A stretch of DNA of 63,955 nucleotides, filler included, from Lenisia limosa (GCA_001655205.1; 5 parts of 5 records of this genome joined end to end with filler, not necessarily neighbours in it), one strand, 5' to 3'; positions 12,208 to 26,353 are shown, counted from the whole stretch's first letter. A program made the numbers and translations. Notes: generated by a model not told the origin, from the sequence alone.

Positions 12208-14532
12208 TTATCTGCAGTTCTTGGCTACAATAGCGAAAATGTCTGAAAACTGCGGGTCATAGTCGATCTCCGTGATCCAGCCTTGTACCAGCCGACTGGA
12301 TTGTATTAAACTCGAATGTGCTGCACAAAAACAACACAAAAACCTTCACAGGCAAACATTTGACTGAAGGGGGTATACTATTTAGAACAAAGTGAAAAAC
12401 GAGAGTATTTGTAAGAAGAGAGTGCCGACCAACCAACCTTTTGGAAGTCTTTGGCTTTCGGTCAACATGGGATGGCTTCAAGACCTTGTTGAAGCGCTGC
12501 CACTCAAGTGCCTGCTTTTATTACACATGACAGCACTATCAATATCATATGATATTACCACGATGCAACTATTTCCCCCCCCCCCCNNNNNNNNNNNNNN
12601 NNNNNNNNNNNNNNNNNNNNNNNNNNNNNNNNNNNNNNNNNNNNNNNNNNNNNNNNNNNNNNNNNNNNCATGGTCGTAAAGGCGTTGGTGAACTGGGACA
12701 CCAATGTGCATTCGAGCCGATCGCTCATTGATCTTCGGGGTGTGACCTGAGAGTAAGAAGAACGGTTTTCAAAAGGATGGCTCATACTTGGGGTTTCTTC
12801 TTTGATGAGCTCCTCTTTGTTCCGCCTCCTGTTTCTTTCCGTAGTCTCCAAACGGGTCAAAAGGGGGACGTTCGCGTGCCTTTCTTTGACAAGCTATACT
12901 GTCACTCCAATGTTCTTCTTATAACTCAGGCAGCATGAACCTATCTGGGTTCCCTCCGACCTTTTTAGACTTTTGGTTGATTCTGGGAACATATTTGAAT
13001 TGCTTCTCCTGTTCTGCCTTTTCCTTTGTGATTGCCTCTTGTTTCATTGTGATTCGTTTCTGTCTGATCTTTTCCTGTGATGGGGGGTAAAACGAAGGAA
13101 ATTTCGATGAAGAATATTGGGGGGTGAAATCGGTGATAAACAGCATTAACTTGGTTGAAAATGATATATAAACAAAAGGGGTAAACTACAAACACGATAA
13201 AAAAGAGCCCATTGATTCAATGTATTGGTGTAGATCCAATCTCCACATACCCATTCCTCCCAATCTTCAACTTTACGCGGACCAATGTCTTTAGCCATTT
13301 TAGAGATCTCCGGTGTCATTCGCTGTCGAGTAAGAAGAAACTCTGCGACTAAAACTAATTCCAAGGAAGAGAACAGGTACACAGACCTCGCTGATCTCCT
13401 TTGCTGCATTCTCCTTCTTAATAGCCAGTCTCTTCTTGGCCTCGGATGAGAACTCCTCAAAACGTTCCAAATAGTCTCGGTCGCCGAAGTCTACCATGTT
13501 ACGTGATGACTTACTGATCGTGGGGTTCGCTCTTTTTGTCTGCGAGGGAATAAAGGAATTCAAAGAAAATACACCATTAGAGTAAAATATCATCAAAAGA
13601 ATATTTGTTTAAACATAATTAGACTACATATTATATGTCCACGTATATGATATAACATCTATATCAGTATATCAAAAATGAGAAATAAAAACAAGGTTGA
13701 ACTTGGACGAGCCGTCCACACCATCACGCTTANNNNNNNNNNNNNNNNNNNNNNNNNNNNNNNNNNNNNNNNNNNNNNNCCTTACAACTCTGTGTACACA
13801 GCTTTCTGCTTGCCAATACATATCGATATCTCGGGTAATTTATATGATAAATGTACACATAATATTATATATTCAATATAAATTAATACATGGAGTATTT
13901 TTATAAAATAAAAAATAGACTGAAGTCTTCAGCATTGAATAACAATTACAAAAAAGGTACCATGCTACTTACCTCAGCCTTTTCTCTCTTTTCATTTTCA
14001 GACTTGATCTTCTTAGCCTTCTCTTCTTCACCTTTCTTCATGCGCTCCAGATACTCTGACCATTCTTGTTTGCCCATGGACTCACGGTGGATTGTTGTTG
14101 GCTTGTCTGAGAGTAATAAATAAAGAAATACATAATAACGAAGTACTGCGCCTTACCTGGTCCTCCGATCACAGAAGGCGCTCTTGAACGTGACGGTGTT
14201 CGGGGGGCAGAAAACGTGCTCATTTCGTCCCAAGATGGCAAAGGCTCCCCCGCCAACAGCGAAGCAATCTGGTGTTCCAAGGCGTCAGAGATTTCAGCCT
14301 CGTTACTTCCGTAGTTCTTCCCGACATCGTTGGCCGCAAGCAGCACCGACATGCGGTGTACTGCACTATTGAGGTCTTCTGATGACACTGGAACTTCGGG
14401 GGGGCCTTCATCATACTGTGTGGGGGGCTGCTCTTGATCTTGACTCAGCTTCAGACCTTCAGTAGAAAGGCCAGCAGCCTTCAGGAGTTCAGCAACATCG
14501 TCTATTGCTTTGGAGTTTCCTTGATCCTCCAT
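12208..14532 (-). CDS. Uncharacterised charged/coiled-coil protein with repeated P-x-I-x-x-x-S/A-K motifs
   Basis: ATG 14532 (MEDQGNSKAIDDVAELLKAAG). Spliced exons include ANPTISKSSR, MTPEISKMAK, KQFKYVPRINQKSKK and ALEWQRFNKVLKP; probable end ..DIFAIVAKNCR*. Confidence 0.55.
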
Positions 14533-14888
14533 TTTAATCTTAATTAGGGGGAAAGCGGAAGGGGCCAAGGCATTTACCAGATGCGATTCAGTTTCAGTTT
14601 CCTTCTTTCTTCCTGTGTGTTTCTTTCAATTTCCTTTGTCCACCGCACAACACACGACTTATCCACCACACTTATTAATCCTGACTTAAAAAAAAAAAAA
14701 CCAAAACAAGTAACCATTTCCCAGTGAGGATCCGGTGATCAAAAGACGTTTTTTCCAGAAAATTCTCTCTTAATTAACAAAAACCCGCAAAAAGAGGAAA
14801 AGAGGAAGTTCATTAGTGTTGTGTATATAATAGTGTGAGTTTGGTAGTAGTTTGTAGTTTTTTAGTTGCTTTTTAATACCTAGTGAAA

Positions 14889-17800
14889 ATGTCAAAGGTT
14901 TGATAATTTTTCGTCGATATAACAGTTTGTTTAGTATTTAACGGAGGCTGAACTTGCTAACAAGCACCCAAAGGTAAAGAGTTTTTGATTTGGGATTCTA
15001 CTTTCCTCCATTCCAGCGCAATGACTTACTTTTAAGCTAAATAAGCGATCTGGGTCATTTGTTTCCTCTGTTAGTCAATTATCTGATCTTGAGAAGGAAT
15101 TCCGCCAGGTATGGACAATTTACTACTGCCCGTTTCCTCTATTCTTCTCAGCAAAAGTTTCAACCCCCCTTTTAAATATTTTATCATCTTTTTATCACTT
15201 TCCCAACCTTGATGCGGCTTAACAGTATTTTTTTCAGACCTCTGGAGGCTACGGATTTGGAGTAAATGCACTTCGCCTTGGTATTATTTTACTGTTTGGA
15301 ATTGCTATCGCGGCAACAACCTTGCCTGCATGGAGGCTTACTTTGGAACACGGTATGTCCTGTTTGCCAGTGAATTGATTTGTTTGTAAGTGTTTAAGCA
15401 AGATACTAAATTAATCAGCGAACTAGCGCCATTGGCTGCGTTTCTCACATATTTAGGAAAAGATTCCGCGGAAAAACTGGCCAACTCAATGATGGACTCA
15501 ATCATGAATTCTATTGAACGTGATATCGATAACTGGATGTAAGCTATTCACCTAGTTACACTTGCCATGTTGTCTTGCTCCTCTTTTGCCTCCTTTCTTC
15601 GCCCCTCTTCTTCCCCACTTCTTTTAAATTCCTAAAGCAAACCTAAATACGACCAGCCACCATCTTTTCGCTCTCTCTGCTTTTCCGCCTACCTTCGGTT
15701 CTTTATGTCAATGGAATTATCTGGAATGTAGAGCGGCTTATTGAATTGGTGTTTTTTTTTTGTTTTTTTCCTGACATGATGACGTGATTACCATTGATGG
15801 AAGAAGATGATTTATTTTTAGGTCCATGGTGGGCATGACGGTCAACGCTGACGGATCTTTCTTCCGCAACCAAGGCACCAGTGAAGTCACCGAAGTTGAA
15901 CTGGTGAGCTGAGCCTCCCGTCTCACCCTCCAGACAAGCATCCAACCCGTTTTATACGGCCGTTTTGAGCAGTTCATCGCCACCACGGTTTACATTGCAA
16001 CACCCGAGAACCGCGGCACCGGGTACACCCGTGTTATGGGCAGTAGGGGGGGGGGGGACNNNNNNNNNNNNNNNNNNNNNNNNNNNNNNNNNNNNNNNNN
16101 NNNNNNNNNNNNNNACGTGTTTTTCAAGAAGGTTGAAAAAGACCTGAATGGAACTGCTGACATTTACACCATCAACGATGCTGGAGCACCTCAAGTGGTT
16201 GGTCTCCTTTCGTATCGCTCACTTCTTCTCAGAAAGTCATGAGCCTTCCCGCCACTGCACCCGGAGGCTCACCCAATCTCAACCCCGGATACCTTCTTGC
16301 TGCCAATAAGCCTGTCGGGGTCTACTGGACTCCCATCGCCATTTCTTGTGGGTATTGTTCGTGTATTCTCCTGCTGTCTTCCCGCTTCTTGTAATTGTTT
16401 CAGCCAATAACGGCGGTNNNNNNNNNNNNNNNNNNNNNNNNNNNNNNNNNNNNNNNNNNNNNNNNNNNNNNNNNNNNNNNNNNNNGCTGCTTGTCCCCTT
16501 TACAACACCACGGTGGGCACTCTGGAATCTTTGGCTGTTGTTTTAGTCAGCTCCCCCTTGCTCACACTTTAGGACCACTTTATTGGCGTTTCTAGCTACC
16601 GCTTCTCTGTTGGCGTTACAACCAAGGTCATCAATGATATTGAACTGCATGGCGGATTCCTTTACATTGTCGAGGAGGAGAGCGGCATGCTTGTAAGCTG
16701 GTAGATCTTTGACTTATTAATTTCGCATTGATTAAGGGTGAGGTTACTCATCTAATGGCCTGATGATGCCCACTTAAATCCAGTACTTACGAGAATGACC
16801 AGTTAGGTTGGTACGTCATCCTCCGAGCTCACTGTCGACGTCCATGCCGGACAGATCTCTCTCTCAAATGACGGAGGAAACATGGTACGCTGCCTCATTC
16901 ATTGCCAAATATGTTCGCATTTCCCTTCTTATTATGTAGACGGGTTCAGAGTTTGATAGCCTCCTTGTGAACTCTACTACCGATTACTTCCTTAAGTAAG
17001 TGGTCTAACATCATAATTATGAAGTATTGTGTTTACCCAATATACAAATGCAAATGTCAATCAAAGCAATCAAGAACACTCGCTCAATCCCCAGCAAATA
17101 CGAGTCATGGTCAGCCGTTGGTGACGTCATCGATATCTCTGAAGACTTCAACAACGTGACATACTATTTGGAATCGCAGCGCCTGAAACTTGACGGATTG
17201 GTACGAATGTACAGCCTTCGCTCCTAAAAATATCCAGAAATATTGGATGTTGGACATATTAATGTTATATGCCGTTTGCTCTACAATAAAATACAATTGG
17301 CTATGCTGTTATAATAACATCTTAGTCCACCCCCTGGAGAGCTGTGCTTCTCATCCCTCGCGACTACTTCATGGGAACTATTGAGGACGGTAGGGCTATC
17401 TTCCCCCCACGTCTCTAAATGATCCAGGAGAAGAAGATGTCTCCACGCTTGTGTTCGTGATCAGTGGCATTGTTTTGATTGTCGCTGTCATCGTCGCTGT
17501 GGTTTTGACTGTTCCCATTGGCCACACCCTCGAACTGAAGAGGCAGCAAGGCGTTGTCCTTGCCAAGGTCAACCAGCAGCGCAAGCAAATGATGGAAATC
17601 AGCCAGGACCTTTCCAGGGAGAAACTCGTCTCAGATGCGCTCCTGTTCCAGATCTTCCCAGCCACTGTCATCGAAACCTTAAGGAAGGGAGAGCCTGTTG
17701 AGGTGGGCAAACAGCTTAAGATTCAATATAATCTGCTGTACCTCCACGTTTACCTAACATTCCCAGCCTGTCATGTACCCTTCGGTTACCCTCCTCTTCA

Positions 17801-19193
17801 CGGATGTGGTAAGTAGAGACTTATCTGCATTGTTGCCTGTTTAGGAATTGTTGAGATTTTTAACACTCTAGGTCGGCTTCACCGCATTGACTCTCCAATA
17901 CACCCCCCAGGTTCGCTACACTCCACACTTTTGTCTTTTATCTTCCTTCTTTGGCATTAACCTATCAGGAAGTGATCACCCTTCTCAATGATATGTACTT
18001 CCGTTTCGACGACTGCATTGAACAAAAGTACCCCTCTCTCTACAAGGTCCGCAAATGATTACAATGCATTGTTTAGCATAGTCGTTTTTCTTTCGCTTTT
18101 CTGGGAGAGAAACCTCACTGCTTTCAGCTTGAGACTTCCGGTGACGCGTGGCTCGCTATTGGTGGTGCCCCTGTGAGCATCGATACGCACGCAGCCAAAA
18201 TATGCTACCTCAGTCTCGACCTCATCAAGGTTTGTAAAGGGCTTGCCTTGAACTTTGTATCTGATGTTTTAACCTTGGCAGTGCATGGAGCACGTGAAGT
18301 CACGTGACGGCAAGCCCGTCAGTGTCCGTATTGGGGTCCACTCTGGCCAGGTCGTCGCTGGCGTCATGGGTGGGTTGTCGAAATACAACATCCAACTTGC
18401 AACCTGGCATGTAGAATGAACCTTTATGATCTCTTTTTTTTTTTGTACATATGATATATTGGCTGATGGATTTCAACTGAAGCTGTAGGCCGCAAGCAGC
18501 CAAGGTGGACCCTCCAAGGTGCTGATATGAATGTCTGCGCTCGCCTTGAACGTGGGCTCAGGTCAATCCTTTTTTTGCCATTGATTCTCCCTACATTCAC
18601 TCTAATTTATCCCTTCTTTGTATGACTCTTCTAGAAACTTCTGAGCCAGGGAAGGTCCAGATTTCATCTTCTACCAACGACTGTAAGGGGTGGGTACGTA
18701 CCAACGCGCTCTATCTCTCGCCGTTTTTTTCGTTGTGACCCTCTAGTGCTGACTGAGGCCGATGGTATTGAAGTCCAGTCTCGTGGGCTTGTTGAGTTGA
18801 AGGGTCGAGGCCAAATGGAAACGTGGGTCATGAAGGGTATCTAATAGGGCTTCACTTCGGTTAGTCAGAAAGCCCGACGGGATTGATGCGTTTAGTTTCT
18901 TCCTTGTGAAGCGCACCATCGAGGTGAAGGCCGAGGGCGTTTCTATTGATGCTGAGGCTGATGTGGTACCTGTTTCTACTGGTAGGACCGAGGCTTCATT
19001 TTCTCTTTTTTGTTTCCACCGTTGACATTTCAGGCGATTTCTTCCAGCTCATTGCTAGCAAGAACAAAGTTTCTCCTGATATGGCTCGCACACCCTCTGT
19101 TCAGCATTTGTGGGTCTTCGATTCCATTTGCTATTTCAATTTTACTCACTCTGTAGTGAACTGCAGCCCATCAGTTCATCCAGCGCTATTTAG
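14889..19193 (+). CDS. Receptor-type class III nucleotidyl cyclase (guanylyl-cyclase-like): TM, extracellular domain, TM, coiled coil, catalytic domain
   Basis: TM1 LGIILLFGIAIAATTLPAW; TM2 FVISGIVLIVAVIVAVVLTV; linker EKLVSDALLFQIFPATVIETLRKGEPV. Catalytic motifs SVTLLFTDVVGFT, LNDMYFRFD, KLETSGDAWLAIGG, VRIGVHSGQVVAGVMG, PRWTLQGADMNVCARLEQTSEPGKVQIS, VELKGRGQMETFFL. Confidence 0.9.
18845..18862 (+). mobile_element. Solo terminal inverted repeat of hAT MITE family A (intronic)
   Basis: tagggcttcacttcggtt is identical to the left end of the 30490 element. Confidence 0.65.
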
Positions 19194-19375
19194 GTGGAGT
19201 ACCATATGGTAAAGGTTTCAAGGTTCAATTTGTTTATGTTTTGTATTATGTCATGTTCGTATTTTCAATTGCCAAACATACTAAACATAGAATTGAAGTT
19301 TATCTATAATACAAGCGAACATACAATCACCTAGAAAAAAAATACAAACAAAAGAAAGAAGAAACAAAACCCCCA

Positions 19376-22300
19376 TTATTTGGTCGCCGCCGTGAGGTCT
19401 GAAATTTGTCGCGCCATGCCAGCGCCATGCAACCACCCATGGAACTCTCGTTCCAACGCTCTGCGAAGATTGGCTTCAGCCTCACTGTCCAGCCCAGCCT
19501 CAAGAATGCAGCGCTGCGCCTCACGCGCGGCATTGGCGCGAGCCTCCAGAGCCTGAGCGTAGGCTGTCGGCACGGGGATGATGAGGCCGTCAGGAATCTC
19601 GCCGTTCTGGTCGTCCGTTGTGAGTGGCTTGTCATTGACAGGTTCGCTGCAGGACACAGGGACAACAAATCGGGTGAACTCTTCCGCCGGCACAATACGG
19701 ACCACTGCGGTGACCAGGTTGTTGGTGGGCGTACTGGGGGCATCTGCAGTGTCAGAATAGCAGATACTGATATTGCCAGAAAAAAATACCCAGTTCATCA
19801 AATGAAGCCAAAAATAGAAGAATAATATCCTACCTGGGTCAACAGGCTCGTTATCTTCAGTGGGGCCGGCAGTGGAGGGGGCGATAACGGGGGTGGCCCA
19901 GAAGTTATGTCGGGCATGGAGGAAGGCGTCAGAGAGGTGTGTAGCCANNNNNNNNNNNNNNNNNNNNNNNNNNNNNNNNNNNNNNNNNNNNNNNNNNNNN
20001 NNNNNGAAGAGGAGGTTACGAGTTCGGCCACTGGCGGGGAGTTACGAAGGAAATAATTGGGTTTGAATGTTATTAATCACATTAACAAACTAAAACACAT
20101 TAACAAACTAAAAGTGGAGAGAGAAAAACCTCACAAATGATAAAACAAGGAGAAGAAATAGAATAGAGAGTATGCGATGTTGTGATAGCAAAGATTCGTA
20201 GCGTTGGTGTCTCTTTCCCACAGTTATAAGAAGCATTGAATATTTAGGAAACATACCTGACAAGGGGAGGGGTGTTGACAAGGAGGTGGAAGGTACAGTC
20301 CGTACAATTTCTGGAAATAGTGATAGGAAAGATAACCCCCAAAAACCAAAAAAAATGGAAGATGAAAAAGATGACCATCTCAAAACGCAGTTCACAACCC
20401 ACGAAATTTGGCATGCATGGCAAGCTGCAATAATTTTGACACTATCACAGTTGTCTAAACGAAGAACCCTGCAACTTTAGGAAGGAAATTCTTTTAGCAT
20501 TACGTAATGGCGGGCAAATAAAGAATAACACACAAGGAATTCAGGACTTGATGAACTTCCATCACAAACCTTGAAGACGCTCCAACAACGATGGTGCATT
20601 TTTTAAGATTGGAAAGGAGAACATAGCTTGCTGAGGCCAAAATATAGATATAGGCACCCTGGTGATGGGGTAAGATTCAAAAGAAAGGTTACTGGCAAGA
20701 TTATTGATAGCTATAAATGTAGATAGCTGAAAATGACTGTGTGCAGTACATACCTTGGCAGTATAAACCTTGATCATGTCATTTGTCTTGACCTGATCAG
20801 GGCCAATGATGATAGTGTGTCGCACATTATTGAGCACAAACGGTCTAAGGGTATAAATGTAAGCCAGTTGAAGTCTAGTCATCAGAGCGTTAGGAATAGC
20901 AGACATTGGAATCCAAGTTCCTCTCATACTTTTTGACTTCGGTCTGGTCTTGGATGGAGACTTTGGCCATATCATTGGAGAGGTTCAGTGCTAGTACGTT
21001 AACCAAACTTATAATAATTGACCCTTCAAATTTTAATGATTTCAGTTGCCCCTTTACCGGAAGATTCAGGAGAGGTGGGGACGGAGGAAGACTTACGCCC
21101 GGGGTAGGCAATGGGATTGGTTTCCAGATGACCGGCAAACCATTCCTTGGGGGTAAGAACTGAGATCAAAGCATTATGAAAAAGATTACANNNNNNNNNN
21201 NNNNNNNNNNNNNNNNNNNNNNNNNNNNNNNNNNNNNNNNNNNNNNNNNNNNNNNNNNNNNNNNNNNNNNNNNNNNNNNNNNNNNNNNNNNNNNNNNNNN
21301 NACAAGTGCAGGGAGAGTAGCAACAGTTACATACCTCAATTTCTAAGATCGGTGCTGATGAGCGGCCACTGAAGGGATACACGAGGGATAATTTGCACTA
21401 GGAGGAGTGAAAATATAACTACTGTCACAAACAACAACAGCAATATTTATTGGGTTTTTTTTTGTAAACAAAGACACATACTATACAACATATTATCGCT
21501 CATAAGAAATCCTGCCCCAGTCCACACCTCCATTAAATGAGACGGTCCGGCGCCAATGACCCAGTCCAACTGGTCAAGTGCCTCGGGTGTGACCTGTGCG
21601 TTGTCGTCGTCTATAAAGTCACAAGCTATCGGTAATATTATACTGTTTTGCAACAAAACCATGTAAAAGGACCGAAATCCAGACTAAGAGTTTACTCTTT
21701 CAATTCCCGCTTTCACATGTTTCCGCAGAAAATATGTAACTTACAACACAATACAGAAAAACCCTACCTAGAAAAGCTTATAAATAAAAACAATTGACGG
21801 TATTTGTTATGATAGCCATACCCTGGAATGACAGGAGTCTGAGGAGGGCATTGATTCCGCCTTGTTGGAGCCATAATACACTGTCTTCGTCGTCACCTTT
21901 GACATGTTGTGGCGAGGACGGCCATNNNNNNNNNNNNNNNNNNNNNNNNNNNNNNNNNNNNNNNNNNNNNNNNNNNNNNNNNNNNNNNNNNNNNNNNNNN
22001 NNNNNNNNNNNNNNNNNNTGAGAGAAAAAGCACGATGAACATATTGTGCCTCCTACTCTTCATTTGGGGAAAGACGGGTTCGGGAAGCAGTGGCCATTCG
22101 CATGAAAGACTGGGCATACAAGTACACCAGGAAGTCTCCAAGGAACACTGGGGTAGTGTCGGGTGCTCTGGATGGTCAACATTTTCCTTACCCTCAACTG
22201 AAGAGCCAATCAATTCCCAAATACCGTGAACCAAGAGCTTTGGGCTGGCGATATGATGCGCTGAGAATCTGGAAGGTGTCGAATACCCTAGATGGAGGTG

Positions 22301-22832
22301 GTGAGATAAAAACTTTAAAAATTCATCTAAAAAAACGACAGTACGCACATAGGTTCAATAGTTGGCAATGGAGGCAACAGATAGAAAGAACTAACAATGA
22401 AGAATGTAGAAAACGGGCAGACCAGTCCACTGTCACCTAAGTCCCCTCCTCAATTCAAACATGACCCAAAATAATAGCAAGCCCTATCCGCCAACAAAAG
22501 AGCGTGACGCTGACTGAGGTTAAGAGTGGAGCTCGCTACTTCGAGCCATTCGCGAGGACTAGGAGGGGGAATCAGAACAGAGAAAAAAGGAGCAATTTCA
22601 AAGAAATCCATCAGATTAATGCCTATTTAAATGATAAAGAGCCCACATACTCGACCCTTGACTGAGGAGAAAAGTTTCGGCATAGTTTGCCACCTAAAAT
22701 GAGCAGCTCTTCAACCGACAGACGCCCAAGTGATGAAGGTGGTAATCCTAGGGAGTTTGCAGAGCTCAGAGAGGGAGATAAGGGAACAATTCCAAAATCA
22801 AACACCTCGTTACGAGGCCAAACTGTTGGCAT
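19376..22832 (-). CDS. TBCCD1: TBCC domain-containing protein 1 (centrosome/Golgi positioning factor)
   Basis: MPTVWPRNEVFDFGIVPL N-terminus; DFLVYLYAQSF; GDDEDSVLWLQQGGINALLRLL; TBCC beta-helix segment RVLRLDNCDSVKIIAACHACQIS. Order and motifs match the TBCCD1 family. Confidence 0.7.
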
Positions 22833-23164
22833 TCTTTTTTCCAGTCAAATTAACAATACTAACTTCAATCTATGCTCCAAAAACCTGCCAAAAAACCGAA
22901 GTTGTCCTTCTTTATATTTACCGCCGCCGCACAACATCAGTTGAAAATTGTGCTTTCTCGAAATGCAATTTGAATGCAATAATGATAGGTAAATAGGTAA
23001 ATAGGTACATTAAGTCTTTTTAATTGCTAATTGCTCGGCATAGTTACTTAAATTGTCTTACATTCAGAGAAACAAAGAAATTGTTACTCCCTAAGCCCTT
23101 CTAGTGCTGCACACCCTTATTATTTTGCTAATAAAGAATAATATAGTTTAGTAAAGTGGTATAA

Positions 23165-26100
23165 ATGTCAGGCGGAGGCCTCCCCCCACCTTCCCCGAAT
23201 ATCGGTTCACCTTCCACTGACCAGTCTGTTCATAATGCCAAGGCAAAACCTATCGATTTCAGTACAATGTAAGGTGTTGGTAATTTTGGAGATTATTCAG
23301 CAAGAACATCTTTTTAATCCCACTCTCCTGACCTTCTGTCAGCTTCTCCACCATCAACGGGCTTGCCTTTATCAGCTCGACTTTCTACGCGTACATGCAG
23401 GATAATGGCCTTTCTTTTGTCCAGACTGAAGCCCCATTCCCCGCTATTCATGGTGTGTTCCTGTCCTGAATGACGAAGATTGTCCCTATTCATTTGTGTA
23501 GACTTCTCTTCGTTCACGGACTCTGACAAAGACATGGTGATTCAGAAGTTTCTTGACAACCCTTCCGTGATCTTCGATAGACTTCTTCTCCTGCATTCTG
23601 AGTAAGTTTAGCTTATGTTGCTCGTTATTGATGAGAAGATTGATCCAACAGAGTCGATTTGAGGGAGGGGTTCCATTATTTCATTTTTTTTATTGTTTTT
23701 TTGTTTGGAGTTTCAGATTATTTTGTTTGTGATTATTACCTTTACGCCAATATTCTTCATTGAAATTCCCTTCGTTTTACTCCCCCCCGCCTAAGTGATG
23801 GGATGCGGTGCTTCAGGAGCAAATGGCCTGGGCTTTGTTNNNNNNNNNNNNNNNNNNNNNNNNNNNNNNNNNNNNNNNNNNNNNNNNNNNNNNNNNNNNN
23901 NNNNNNNNNNNNNNNNNNNNCTGCCTACTGTTTGGGTGTCGTAGCTGCTGCACTGCATGATCATGGGTATGTTCGGGCGTTGGGTTTTTGGTCATTATTA
24001 TTTGTTGTTGTAACTGTTTCAGTCATTATCGTTTGTGGCTAAGAAGCATGCTCCAGAAGCACCTTCCTGGCTGCAGTGAAAGCCCGCCGTCAACACCGCC
24101 ATCTTTAGTGACCCAATTGTCAGAACCCCTCTTCAAAAGCCAAGGTCAAGCGTTTGCTGCTGGGGTTCTGTTAGTTGATTCAAAGTATCGTCTTTTATTG
24201 CAATGCAAGCAAAGTGGCAAAATGTGACATCTCTTTAGGCCCAAACCGCGACCCGTGTCTCCCGTCCCGGGCCACGTTGTGCCAACATCTCCACAAGCCC
24301 AATTCCTCGTCCACTCATACTCAACTGTGGGACTGTCATGGATATTTGATGATTTCGTTACCTATCTTACACTTTAGTACGTCAGTGTTATTACTTCACG
24401 AGCAGACTTTGTTAAGCAAGTTGGTGGAGGTTATAAGAAGATCCAAGGATCATGTGATGCTCTTACAGTAACAGAAAATGATTACATTAGGTTTGTTCCT
24501 CCCTTGATATCCTCAAACGCACACTGCACACTACGCCATCTGTCGACAGTCCCCTACTTCCTGCAATTGCGTTGAGCCTGGAAGCCTTGACGCTCACAAC
24601 ACGGTATGCATTTTCATTGCACTTGGAATTCACAGGTGTAATTTTTTTATATGGATTATGACAGATATATTTTGTCTTCTATTCAAATAATTACTTATAT
24701 ATGTATCATATTATACTTATTACAGTACCTTGTAATGAATGACCTTTAGAACTGGTATTCAGGCAAACCCTGAAGTTTTGAAGCAAGCTCTTTTCCCAAC
24801 TGAGAAAGTAAGCATTTGTTCTTCACATTGTTTTTAAGGTTTCATAGCAATATTTACTCAGTAATGGGCTTGTGCAATTAATTGTTTCAGAAAATTAATT
24901 GACAAAGTTAAAGGTTAAAATGTCTGAAAAGTGGTTCTCGTTGCACTACGTCCCACTTCAAATTTTGAAATTATTTTTCAATTAATTGCACGGAGCCCTA
25001 CTAAGTTATATGAAGTCTGTCTTTTCTGGGAAGGAAAGATATCCTCAACAAGCACAGTCTAACTTGAACTAGGATGACCCTTCTGTCACAGTGACATTGA
25101 GAGCCACATTTGCGGTTGTTAGAGGGTCTGCAGACAAAGTTAGGAGTGAGTGGGCTAGTGGTATCTTAATTGTCTTCGAAAGGGACTTATTTAAAGTTGA
25201 CAGTTTAGGCAACCGAGCAGTTCAGATTGTCGCTGGGTAAGGGGGATTAGAGGGCTTCTTTGTTCTTAGAAGCCTAATGTCTCTCCTTTAGTATTCTCAA
25301 AATGGTCCCCGACAACATCAAGCTGTTTATTGCGGAATGCCGTTCTCTGGCAATCGGCCTGAACAGTGCGTCGTCTGACAGTCTTCCGAGACATGTAGCT
25401 AACAAGCCACAAACTTTCCTTATACGGTTTGTTTGGGTTCTCACTTTCCACGATACGATCAGTTTCCTCACATGTCCTCAAAAATATTATCTTTATCTGT
25501 TTCAATTACAGCATTTTAAATTCAAATGTCCGCCTTGAAGCAATTGTTGTTGTAAAATTGAAAAGTCTGGGCGTTGTTTAAATTTTCCTTCGTACAATCA
25601 TTATTTTGGGTTTGTTTTTTGAATTCACAAATTTCCATTCACCCCACTCCCAGGCTCTTAGCTGCGAACTTGACAGTACTGCTGAAATTGTTAACACAGC
25701 ACTTCAAACACCCCAGTTTGGTCTCAGCAAACATTCTGACATGGCTGGAGGCAGACTTCAAGCAGACAAGCTCAGAGGTCGACCACACCGGGCTCGACTT
25801 GGCAGTGCTTCAAGGCCCTGCTGGTGGGTCTTGTTCCTGGGGGATAAGACCATTGGCTTCGGCCAGATACAACCTTGTTAAATTTCTCATTTCTACATAG
25901 TGTCATATGGTATAATAATACTAGAACATGTTGATATCAATATGACAATTGTGAACTAATCTTACTTGGGGAAAGAATGCAAATCTTAGCTGTGTGATAC
26001 GTTTTTTTATACCATGTGTGTATTTGTTTGTTGGAGTGATTCTCCAGGATCGCAACTTCGTTCGGCCTTCAACCAGCTGTTTACTTTTTGCTCTTCCGAT

Positions 26101-26353
26101 GCTAAGCTGAAAGCCCCAGGTTCGTACGAGTGATTTGATTAGTATCCTACATGACCCTTTATCATCGTCATCTTATTGAGCAGCAGCCAAGACAGTGAAG
26201 ATATCCCCACGACTCACTCCCCCTCAGGCATTCAGTTTGTTACAAGCATTGTGCCACATAAAAGAATGCAGTAGCAATATTCACTTATTATGCTCAGGAT
26301 CAAAAAGGCCAGAGAGTGACGTAGCTGGTGGGACTGAAAGTTCGGAATCCGAG
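23165..26353 (+). CDS. Uncharacterised helical multi-exon coding region; separate gene or N-terminal extension of the two-pore channel
   Basis: ATG 23165 MSGGGLPPPSPNIGSP; exons such as FSSFTDSDKDMVIQKFLDNPSVIFDRLLLLH and LLAANLTVLLKLLTQHFKHPSLVSANILTWLEADF. No clear terminal stop before the channel exons. Confidence 0.5.
24865..25000. mobile_element. hAT-type MITE family B, copy 1 (intronic)
   Basis: TIRs tgggcttgtgcaattaattg / caattaattgcacggagcccta; degenerate 8-bp TSD ctcagtaa / ctaagtta; interior similar to 40102-40240. Confidence 0.75.

Noticed and set aside
18823-18844. Apparent cyclase stop (METWVMKGI*)
   Set aside because: Splicing GT 18823 to AG 18893 restores the consensus METFFLVKR and further exons; the stop is intronic.
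14643-22936. Shared CCGCACAACA in two divergent promoters
   Set aside because: One 10-mer match among several promoter pairs is within chance expectation.
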